A DNA stretch of 64,000 nucleotides from the NCBI GenBank assembly GCA_951406725.2, contig OX597822.1, forward strand, positions 6,572,001-6,636,000, in the 5' to 3' direction. The translations under genes were made by a program, and so were the position numbers. The notes beneath the pieces were generated by a model. The model worked only from the letters and a program-made list of their open reading frames with translations, did no database searches and was not told where the DNA came from. Positions 54,091-64,000 of this stretch are shown here, one piece after another (the first letter of the stretch is position 1; each line of letters begins with the position of its first letter). The stretch comes from Octopus vulgaris. Lineage: Eukaryota.

Positions 54091-54819
54091 AATCAAATCT
54101 AAAAATGTGCTTGAATGTATGACCGCTATAAATGTATATCTAAGCCGTATGTTATGTACTCATATTGTTTATACCTGTCATATTAAATTCTTGGCGATAT
54201 TTGAACTGAGGGACTTAGTCCAACCATCTGCCATTTCTTCCACTCCATCACTGTCTCTCACAAATATAATGACTACTATTTTTGTCATAAATCTTTATAA
54301 TTAATTTCAATTCAGATGTTATATGATAGATGTATCTGAAAGAAGGCTACATACGTAGCCTCGGTAGTGTTTGAATGAAAAATGTATTTGAACTGATTTA
54401 AATTTGACATTTAGAAGGTGATCAAAAGTGGGGTGGCATAACGAAAGGTAGAGTGCCGATAATATCTGTAATGAGATGGGATGCTGATGGCGTGTGGCAG
54501 AATGAGGAAGACGTAGATGATGGTTATCTCTTACTTTTGTAAAAATGCCACATAATATACCTGCAACGTATTTTGTATAACAATTTCGGCCATTTATCTT
54601 GTAAGGGAAATATTAAAGATTTCACATTGTGAGATGTCTATCAGATCGTAACATACAAACATATTTATTGGAACTTAATCTATTCACGGTGCGTGCAAAC
54701 TAAAGAATATCGAGCTGGCCTGAGAGGCTGGACCCAATAGGCTGGCTTGAACACTGTCTATACGTGTTGCCAAAGAAATCGAAGTGCGTGATGTTAAGTA
54801 TAACTGATAGTAGCCGACA

Positions 54820-55745
54820 CTTAGACCGGATAGAGCGTAGGGCACTCAGTATCTGTCACTCATACGCTTTTTTCACCAGGTATATGGATGACATCCTCAT
54901 GTTCGTTCCACCCCATGCAGACGGCTCCACTGTACTAGAGAACTGCAACAAGACAGAGCAACATACTAGCTTCACCCCTGAACACCAAACCAGTGATCGT
55001 CATTTCCCCTTGCCTGACTTCTGGGTTCATATCTTAGACTAGGAAAAGATTGACTGAGGGTTTTACAGAAAATCAGCTTACCGGGACCTTTTCGTCCATT
55101 ACAATTCGGCCCTCCATATCATGGCTAAGATGAACTACGTAAGTAACGAGATCGCCCGGATACATAAAATATGCAGTGACCCCACCAGCCGGGACGCACA
55201 TGTTATTCAGTTTCTAAAGGTGCTTGAGACCAACGGATATCCAACGTCCGTTACTAACTTCATATGCAAACGTAGGACTGGTAAACGTCGCAAGAGAGAT
55301 CTCAGACTTGCTTCTAAAAGATTCCCCACTTCAATGAGAAGACAACACACGTCATTTACAAGGATATCCCCAGGGAAAGACTGGACATCCTATTGACTCA
55401 TTCAAGACTATCCCTACACAGACATGTATCAACGAGGTAGTCACGTTCAGAACAGCAATCCTACATATTGGTGAACTGCTTTATTCGCAACACTAACACG
55501 TGATTACGAGCGTAGTTTATCAGACACGATGCTCCAAATGCAACAACTACTACATCGGTAGCACAGCAAGTCCACTCCACATCCGAATGAAATAACACTT
55601 CACTACACAACGCCTCTTCCTTCCGAAAGCTCCTGACCAGTTGCGGCAACACCACCAAAGACATAGACCCCTCCATACAGACACTATAGTGATCCACTAC
55701 CTCAACTCGAAAATTAATAGTCGATCGGGTTCGAGCCGGTAGCTC
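54820..55745 (+). pseudogene. Degenerate Penelope-like element (RT C-terminus + GIY-YIG)
   Basis: FFTRYMDDILMF, FYRKSA..DLFVHYNSA, LETNGYP, then VVYQTRCSKCNNYYIGSTASPLHIRM. Confidence 0.8.
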
Positions 55746-55897
55746 GAAAACATGTCGGTGATTGCGACCAATATCATAATATACACCACCACTATCAAGA
55801 GATATCACGTGACCGACCAGGCTATTACATGTTGCTACACATCGCTGGTCACAATGCGCTTCGCATTGTTTTAGCCTTCAAATGACGCCACCCCAGC

Positions 55898-56046
55898 AGG
55901 GATCACCACCATACCCTGTTGGAGCATCGTGGAGCTTTAGGTGTTTTCGCTCAATAAACAACACTCACAACGCCCGGCCTGGGAATCGAAACCGCGATCC
56001 TACGACAGCGAGTCCGCTGCCCTAACCACTGGGCCATTGCACCTCC
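55898..56046 (-). mobile_element. SINE family A, 5' half
   Basis: Reverse complement of GGAGGTGCAATGGCCCAGTGGTTAGGGCAGCGGACTCGC. Confidence 0.85.
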
Positions 56047-56423
56047 TTCAGGAGATTTACTTCGTATTAACAAACAGTCGGAGAGTTGCTTATACCAACA
56101 ATTAGAGTGTTACTCCTACTCCTGCTAACCCGTCACATCAGTCAACATTTCGTGAGTGGCCTACACCAGCAGTTGGAGCTGTGCATACACCAGCAATTGG
56201 TGAGTTGGAGGGTGGCTGCTACTGATGTTAACCTAACACCGAGGGGCTTGAGTAAGGTAACAGAATCGGTCTAACTAGACATTGCCAAGACTGCTTCCTT
56301 CCGAAGATGTGTCTTTGCCCTCCAAGTATTAGGTTTTTTGTAAAACTTTCTGCATTGTTAGACGCTTTCTTATTTTTCTTTTTTTATTACTACGATAATA
56401 ATAATAATAATAATAATAAAATG

Positions 56424-56478
<55 letters not shown>

Positions 56479-58616
56479 GATATCACAAAGGCTGAACAAG
56501 CACCTGGACGAAAACAAACTGTTCCCAGAAGAGCAGAAAGGATGCCGCAAAGGCTCATATGGCTGCAAAGATCAACTAATGATTAATAAAGCCATAACTG
56601 AAGACAGCCACAGAAAGAAGAAAGGCCTCAGTATGGCCTGGATTGACTACAAAAAGGCGTTTGATAGCATCCCCCACACACGGATCCTCGAAACACTAGC
56701 CATTAACAAAGTAGCACCAACAATCATAAAATTCATAGAGCACTCTATGAATAAATGGCAAACAGTCCTACACCTCCAAACAAAAGAGGGACTCATGAAA
56801 ACCAAAGACATCCCCATTAGAAGAGGAATATTCCAGGGAGACACGCTCTCTCCACTCCTTTTCTGCTTGGCACTGTCACCTCTATCTGATATGCTAAATA
56901 GAACTGGATGCGGATATAAATGTTACGGCAAAACGATCAGCCACCTTTTATATATGGATGACCTAAAACTATACGCTGCAAATGACAAACAGCTGGAAAC
57001 ACTATTAAAGACAGTTCATGGATTTACCAAAGAAATAGATATGAAATTTGGATTAGAAAAATGCGCCAAAGTAACCATGAAAAGAGGAAAACTAGTTAAG
57101 AGTAACAACATCACACTAGATAAAACCAATGAAATAAAAGAATTAGACCAAAGCCAAACTTACAAATACTTAGGAATCCATGAACTAGATAAGACACAAC
57201 ACACACAAATGAAAGAGAAAATAAAAAAAGAATATTATAGACGAGTTAGATCAATACTAAACACAGAGCTCAATGCTAAAAACAAGATAATAGGTATCAA
57301 CACTTTAGCTGTCCCAGTTATAAGTTACAGCTACAATATCCTTAACTGGACACGAAATGAACTGGCCAAAATAGATAGGAAAACAAGAAAAATAATGACA
57401 GGATCTAGGATGCATCACCCAAAATCTGACATAGAAAGACTATATATACAACGTATAGAAGGTGGTAGAGGCCTTATACAGCTGGAAAACTACTATAAAA
57501 TAACCACCATAGGACTGCAAAAATATCTACTTCAGAAGGAAGGAAAACTGATCCAGATAGCGGCAAAACACGAGCAAAACAAAAAACTGTTCTCAGTATT
57601 TAAGGAAGCTGACAAATACAAACAAGAAATCATACCACCTAATAAACATGAAGAAGAAGAAGAAGAAGATGAAGAAACAACAAAAGCTATAAAACAAATG
57701 AAATCCAAACTAAAAACAGAACAGCAACGAACCATGATAAAACGATGGCAAGAAAAGCCCCTTCATGGTAAATACTGCACTAAACTAAACGCAAAAGAAA
57801 TAGACAAAGAAAAATCCCAGCAATGGTTGAGAAGCTCAGGACTCAAAGCAGAAACAGAGGGATTTTTAATTGCAGCACAAGACCAAAGCCTCCCCACCAG
57901 AAATTACCAAAAACATGTAATGAAAAGAAATATTACAAGTAACTGCAGAATATGTGGAGATGGACAAGAAACAATAAATCATATTATCTCTAGCTGCCCA
58001 GTCCTGGCTAAGAAGGAATATATTCACAGACATGACAGAGTTGGAACCTACATACATTGGAAGCTATGCCAACATTATGGAATAACAACAGAAAAAAGAT
58101 GGTATAGGCACACACCAGAAAAGGTCACAGAAAACGAGAAAGCAACCATACTCTGGGATATGCCGATACACACAGATAGAGAAATTAAGGCCAACAGACC
58201 AGATATAGTTGTCAGAGATCATGAAGAAAAAAAATGCTTTTTAATTGATGTATCAATACCGGCAGATGACAACGTGTCTCTAAAAGAAATGGAGAAACTC
58301 TCAAAATACAAAGACCTGGAAATAGAGGTAACTAGAATGTGGAGTCTGAAAACAGAAACAATTCCTATCATAGTAGGTGCATTAGGCATGATAAAAAAAT
58401 ATTCAGACAAATACATAACAAAAACACCAGGACTTACAAACACATATAACATACAGAAAATTGCACTACTAGGCACTGCACACATCCTACGCAGAACACT
58501 TTCCATACAATAACCATCAGAGCATCACAACAAATCACAGCACATACCCAAGGCACACAGAGCTGCGCTCGGTAGTGAAGTGAAAGCACGCTATAAAAAT
58601 AAAAATAAAACTACTG
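56479..58616 (+). mobile_element. Young 5'-truncated R4/Dong-type non-LTR retrotransposon inserted in (TAA)n
   Basis: (TAA)n on both sides (about 56394-56478 and 58617-58642); uninterrupted reading frame; 3' UTR of about 100 nt. Confidence 0.93.
56579..58513 (+). CDS. Reverse transcriptase + CCHC zinc knuckle + restriction-like endonuclease (N-terminally truncated)
   Basis: WIDYKKAFDS, GIFQGDTLSPLLF, LYMDDLKLY, YKYLG, CRICG..QETINHIISSC, RHD, RPDIV, IDVSIP, K.SKY.DL. The frame is also open upstream of the annotated Met (EEQKGC), so the protein is truncated. Confidence 0.92.
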   Translation: MINKAITEDSHRKKKGLSMAWIDYKKAFDSIPHTRILETLAINKVAPTIIKFIEHSMNKWQTVLHLQTKEGLMKTKDIPIRRGIFQGDTLSPLLFCLALSPLSDMLNRTGCGYKCYGKTISHLLYMDDLKLYAANDKQLETLLKTVHGFTKEIDMKFGLEKCAKVTMKRGKLVKSNNITLDKTNEIKELDQSQTYKYLGIHELDKTQHTQMKEKIKKEYYRRVRSILNTELNAKNKIIGINTLAVPVISYSYNILNWTRNELAKIDRKTRKIMTGSRMHHPKSDIERLYIQRIEGGRGLIQLENYYKITTIGLQKYLLQKEGKLIQIAAKHEQNKKLFSVFKEADKYKQEIIPPNKHEEEEEEDEETTKAIKQMKSKLKTEQQRTMIKRWQEKPLHGKYCTKLNAKEIDKEKSQQWLRSSGLKAETEGFLIAAQDQSLPTRNYQKHVMKRNITSNCRICGDGQETINHIISSCPVLAKKEYIHRHDRVGTYIHWKLCQHYGITTEKRWYRHTPEKVTENEKATILWDMPIHTDREIKANRPDIVVRDHEEKKCFLIDVSIPADDNVSLKEMEKLSKYKDLEIEVTRMWSLKTETIPIIVGALGMIKKYSDKYITKTPGLTNTYNIQKIALLGTAHILRRTLSIQ

Positions 58617-58644
58617 AATAATAATAATAATAATAATAATAAAG

Positions 58645-59247
58645 CAAGACATGACAGAGTCGGCCAGTATCAAATCAAAACCGCCGACAAATGAAGCTGT
58701 GACTGAGGGAGAAAAGGTATCGATTCTATGGGACTTCCCCGTTCATACCGACAAAACTATAAAAGCTAATAAACCGGTTATTATTATAAAAGATCAGGCA
58801 AAAAAGATGTGTTTATTAATTGACATGAGTATCCCTTGCGATCACAATATAGGAGCGAAAGAATTTGGCAAGATTAGTAAATATAAAAACCTGCTAATAG
58901 AAATTGAAAAAATGTGGCATCTCAAGGCGACTACAGTACCAGTGATTGTAGGATCTCTAGGAAGGATTAAAAAAAAGGTACTGAAACCTATTTGAAAATG
59001 ATTCCAGGCTTACCATCCCTACAAGAAGTGCAAAAAATCGTATTAACTGGAACGGCTCTTGTACTGAAAAGAGCATTATCGCTGTGAAAACAACATCCAT
59101 CCATGAATTTATTTATTACTTTTTAAATACATATTTTATCTGTGAATTTGCGTGTGTAATCTGGGAATGCATACAGTGAGCTTCTTTGCCTTAGGTGTAT
59201 CGAAAACACTCGGCGAGAAGCGGAAGAAAATTTGAAGCAAGAAGGAA
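58645..59247 (+). mobile_element. 3' fragment of a second R4/Dong-like subfamily
   Basis: ILWDFPVHTDKTIKANKP, IDMSIPCD, KISKYKNL, VPVIVGSLG; different 3' UTR; ends in (TAA)n. Confidence 0.85.
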
Positions 59248-59253
59248 ATAATA

Positions 59254-59318
<65 letters not shown>

Positions 59319-59319
<1 letters not shown>

Positions 59320-59521
59320 GACAAATACATAACAAAAACACCAGGACTTACAAACACATATAACATACAGAAAATTGCACTACTAGGCACTGCACACATC
59401 CTACGCAGAACACTTTCCATACAATAACCATCAGAGCATCACAACAAATCACAGCACATACCCAAGGCACACAGAGCTGCGCTCGGTAGTGAAGTGAAAG
59501 CACGCTATAAAAATAAAACTA

Positions 59522-59524
<3 letters not shown>
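59319..59524 (+). mobile_element. Severely 5'-truncated (about 205 bp) near-identical copy of the 56479-58616 element in (TAA)n
   Basis: Matches about 58405-58616 apart from one AAAAAT unit; TAA runs on both sides. Confidence 0.93.
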
Positions 59525-59598
<74 letters not shown>

Positions 59599-60492
59599 TG
59601 ATGATGATAATAATGATAATAATCGCTAATATATAGACAAGACTAGAAGTTTTGAGGTGTGATTAGTCAACGCTGTCGCCTTCAATGCTTGACTCATATT
59701 TTATTATTTTTTTGACTCTGCTTCTTAAAATGGAAAGTTGACTTCGGTGGAATTCGGACACAGAATGTAAAAACCAGAACAAGCTCCATAAAACGTAATT
59801 CACGACCTGGTTACCGTCCAGGGAAGACTTGAGCTTACTTCTTTGACATAATCACTCCCTTTCCAGCGTCACTCTTTTTTGTAAGCCTATTGTAATGGTT
59901 GACGTCCCACTATCTACATCATCCATTCCGTAAAGTGCACCGAGGGCCTGACACTTCCTATATGCCAAACGTGCAACGATCCTCTGTAATGGAACCTGAG
60001 TTGCATCTCCAGCGACAACAACTGTTCGTGGGGCTCGTTGTCATGGACGCCGTTGTCCAGGAATCTATTCCAGTAAGCCAGCCTTAACGTGTTTGAACAT
60101 CAGCAATAACAACCAAATGAAACTCCTCTCAGGCGAAACACTGCAACAGAATACAAGCACGAAACATAATTCAGCAGAGGACTCAGCCGACAGGGTGTAA
60201 GGAAAGTAAATAAGGAACTTACAACTCGGGAAGAATGATTAGTGTTAAATAAATTAATGAACGTAGCGACTTGGGAAACATGATATATAAAAATCAGAAA
60301 AATAAAAGAAAGAGAAATGAAGATTATACACGCAGTATACAGAATCAGTGACAGAATCAAATGAACTGATCCAGTAAAACAAACAATTAAAAAGTAATAA
60401 ATGAATATAATATAACGGTGGGGAATATTACCTCATTACAACAGCGCACGTTGTAACAAGAGCTGTGTAAAGAAAGGATATAATAGAAAGTC

Positions 60493-61078
60493 TAGCGAGT
60501 TGGTAGAATCGTTAGCACGCCGGACGAAATGCTTAGCGGTATTTCGTCTGCCGTTACGTTCTGAGTTCAAATTCCGCTGAGATCGACTTTGCCTTTCATC
60601 CTTTCGGGGTCGATTAAATAAGTACCACTTACGCACCGAGGTCGATATAAAACGACTTAATCCCTTTGTCTGTCCTTGTTTGTCCTCTCTGTGTGTAGCC
60701 CCTTGTGGGTAGTAAAGAAATAGGTATTTTGTCTGCCGCTAGGTTCTGAGTTCAAATTCCGCCGAAGTCGACTTGGCCTTTCATCCTTTCGGGGTCGATA
60801 AAATAAGTACCAGTTACGCACTGGGGTCGATATAATCGACTTAATCCCTTTGTCTGTCCTTGTTTGTCCCCTCTGTGTGTAGCCCCTTGTGGGTAGTAAA
60901 GAAATAGGTATTTCGTCTGAGTTCAAATTCCACCGAGGTCGACTTTGCCTTTCATTCTTTCGGGGTCGATAAATTAAGTACCAGTTACGCACTGGGTCGA
61001 TGTAATCGACTTTATCCCTTTGTATGTCCTTGTTTGTCCCCTCTGTGTTTAGCCCCTTGTGGGCAATAAAGAAATAAA
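60493..61078 (+). mobile_element. Trimeric SINE C array (one head, three body+Tx1-tail units)
   Basis: Units end ..CCCCTTGTGGG..TAAAGAAATA and restart at GGTATTT at about 60723 and 60907. Confidence 0.9.
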
Positions 61079-61884
61079 GTCTGCTTGAAATCAAGAGAGA
61101 GGGAGAGAGATAGGAAGTGAAACAGTGAGAGGGTTGGACATAGAGCTATGATTAAAGGAGTCATAAAAGAATGCGAAAATGTCACAAGGAAAAATTACGT
61201 CCATGAAAAAAGAAATATTTTGGAGGGAAATATGGAAAGCAGCAAGACAAATCATAAATTAACATTTAGGCTGAAGCAAAAGTAAATATTGTGCCTCCGC
61301 TAGAATGGGAAAACATCACAGCAGTGAATAAACAGAAATTAAAGCAATGAACGGGAAAAATAATTTGATATAACCTGGAGTTAATCCAATCTTTCTTGAT
61401 AAAACTCCTAAATATATTCTACACACTAATGGATAAAAGATTGTTTATCAGATTGGCTGATTCTAGGAAAAACTACCATTCTTAGACATGATAGGGATAT
61501 GTGATTCAAAAAATTTTAGGCGAGTCCTATGATATAATTACTACAAGACGATAATAACGGTTTCAAATTTTGGCACAAGGCCAGGAGTTTCGGGGAAGGG
61601 CGTAAGTCGGATTACAGTGCTGAACTGGTACTTGTTTTATCGACCTCAAAGGATGAAAAGCAAAGTCGATTTCGATGAATTTGAACTCAGAACGTAAGGT
61701 CGACGAAATGCCGCTAAGCATGCCTGGCCTGCTAACGATCCTCCACAGGACGATAATAATGTAAAGAAGCATTTAGCACACCTCCAAAATGAAATGCATG
61801 ACTATACATTAAGCAGGGGCAGGTTTATGTAGTAGCGTCAGTAAGTTTAGTATTCATGAATTGTATTCATGCATAGGAGTACAA

Positions 61885-62350
61885 ATGCGTTATTTTATCG
61901 ATCTGTTTTGGCGAATCGTTATGTTATTTTATCGATATTGATTGGCGAATCGCTATGTTATTTTATCGATCTCCTCTGTCGAACTGCTATGTTAATTTAT
62001 TGATCTACTTTGGCGAACTGCTAGTTTATTTATCGATTTTCTTTGTTGAACTGCTATGTTAATTTATCGATCTCCTTTGGCGAACTGCTAGTTTACTTAT
62101 CGATTTTCTTTGTCGAACTGCTATGTTAATTTATCGAACTCCTGTGGCGAACTGCTAGTTTACTTATCCTTATCGATTTTCTTTGTCGAACTGCTATGTT
62201 AATTTATCGATCTCCTATGGCGAACTGCTAGTTTACTTATCGATTTTCTTTGTTGAACCGATATGTTAATTTATCGATCTCCTTTGGCGAACTGCTAGTT
62301 TACTTATCAATTTTCTTTGTCGAACCGCTATGTTAATTTATCGAAGCCCT
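61885..62350. repeat. SINE-derived minisatellite with alternating about 33/34-bp monomers
   Basis: TTATCGATCTCCTTTGGCGAACTGCTAGTTTAC alternates with TTATCGATTTTCTTTGTCGAACTGCTATGTTAAT and runs into SINE B sequence at about 62350-62480. Confidence 0.85.
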
Positions 62351-62716
62351 TTCGGGAACCTCTAAGTTATTTCAGTTTCCGTCCACCAAATCCACCCACA
62401 AGGCTTTGGTCGGCCCGAGGCTATACTAGAAGACACTTGCTCAAGGTGCACGCAGTGGGACTGAAACCAGAAGCATGTGAAACGGGTAGCATGTATATGT
62501 GTAGTTTGTATATATATATAGAAATGCACAAACTTATACGAATATATTTAAATACGTTTGTGCATACAAAAATATATAGAGCTACCGATGTATTTATATA
62601 CATATACCCTAATATATACATACAATAAGCACTAATACATGCATCCATGCATACATATATTTACAAACAGTCCTGTTATCGCACGCACCTTTACAGATGT
62701 ACATATTTAATATGTA

Positions 62717-63085
62717 AGCGTAGGAGTAGGAGTGGATGTGCGGTAAATAACTTGCTTATGTACCACATGGTTCCGGGTTCAATCCAACTACGTGGCACTT
62801 TGGGCAAGCGTCTTCTACTTTAGCCTCAGGCCGGCCAAATCCTTGTGAGCGGATTTGGTAGACGGAAACTGGAAGAAGCCTATCGTATATATGCGTGTAT
62901 ATATATGTATGTGTATATGTTTGTCTGTCTGTGTTTGTCCCCCCAACATCGCTTGACAAACGATTCTGGTGTTGTTACGTCCCAGTAACGTAGCGGTTCG
63001 GCAAAAAAGACCGATAGAATAAGTACTAGACGGTGCTCCAGCATGGCCACAGCCAAATGACTGAAACAAGTAAAAGAGTAAAGAG
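62717..63085 (+). mobile_element. SINE family B
   Basis: CCACATGGTTCCGGGTTCAATCC, GATTTGGTAGACGGAAACTG, tail GACTGAAACAAGTAAAAGAGTAAAGAG. Confidence 0.88.
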
Positions 63086-63307
63086 CAAAACGAGAGTAAA
63101 TATATATGTATTCTCATATAATTAAATATACAGGCAACGACCAAACTTATATACGGAGAATGTAGTGACCCGATTCTGATACATCTATTTATACCTTTTT
63201 CTTGCAAGCCAGACGAGAGAATAAACAATAACAAAAATCAATCATCAGACCAAAACAAGTGTCGTCACCGTATATTTATATCCATCTATAAGCTATAGAT
63301 ATATATA

Positions 63308-63661
63308 GTGGAGGCGCAATGGCCCAGTGGTTAGGGCAGCGGACTCGCGGTCATAGGATCGCGGTTTCGATTCCCAGACCGGGCGTTGTGAGTGTTTATT
63401 GAGCGAAAACACCTAAAGCTTCACGAGTCTCCGGCAGGGGATGGTGGTGATCCCTGCTGTACTCTTTCACCACAACTTTCTCTCACTCTTACTTCCTGTT
63501 TCTGTTGTACCTCTATTTCAAAGGGCCGGCCTTGTTACTCTCTGTGTCACGTGTCTGTGGAGTGCTCAGCCACTTACACGTTAATTTTACGAGCAGGCTG
63601 TTCCGTTGATTCGGATCAACCGGAACCCTCGTCGTCGTAACCGACAGAGTGATTCCAATCC
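63308..63661 (+). mobile_element. SINE family A with 11-bp TSD
   Basis: Head identical to 24849; TSD AGATATATATA at 63297-63307 and 63662-63672. Confidence 0.9.
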
Positions 63662-64000
63662 AGATATATATACTTTGCTTCTACCACTTCTATTATCCTT
63701 ATTCCTGCGCAATGCATACACCTATCTACCTAGACCACATCTAAATACTATTCCCATGGCTAAACTCCACACCAAAAAACAGGACCTGTCACTATATAAA
63801 ACCAAGAGCAATTAAAATAAAGCAATTTGATGAAAGGAAGTAGGCTAAAACTTCTCTCTCTCTCTCTCTCAACAGTCATTACAAGAATTAGTAAGTAGGT
63901 CCTCTAATAAAAAGTATTGACAAATACTACAGTTTAATGTTAACGTATCTCTATCTTTCTGTCTGTCTCTCTCTGTGTATATATGTATATATATGTCTGT

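Noticed and set aside
59890-60250. Possible RTE 5' end with an HDV-like ribozyme on the minus strand
   Set aside because: I could not assemble the nested double pseudoknot, and the protein similarity is too weak.
61885-62350. CRISPR-like periodic array
   Set aside because: No unique spacers, monomers are homologous to a SINE, the context is eukaryotic and there are no cas genes.

Overview
AT-rich, microsatellite-dense animal genomic DNA made up almost entirely of transposable elements. The SINE families and simple-repeat load suggest an octopus or other coleoid cephalopod, but this is an inference. I found no convincing host protein-coding gene; most ORFs in the track are microsatellite artefacts or antisense shadows. 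Recognisable content: (i) a near-intact Penelope-like element (RT + GIY-YIG, Hydra-type motifs) in a (TA)n tract and a second, decayed Penelope element; (ii) many R4/Dong-type restriction-like-endonuclease (RLE) LINE pieces, including a young 5'-truncated copy with an uninterrupted 644-aa ORF in (TAA)n; (iii) L1/Tx1-type LINE remnants, including an ORF1-only tandem derivative; (iv) the 3' end of a HERO-like RLE LINE; (v) three abundant SINE families (called A, B, C here), a mariner-type MITE and a Tc1/mariner relic. The main observation is that the HERO-like 3' UTR (about 53660-53780, minus strand) holds the conserved hammerhead-ribozyme core motifs in a non-canonical, pseudoknotted strand order inside a closing stem. 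Two more hammerhead-like motifs sit at Penelope ends. One SINE family carries a Tx1-type tail and repeatedly inserts at a GTATTT(C) site, often within SINEs of its own family. All coordinates were read by eye, and element boundaries are approximate.
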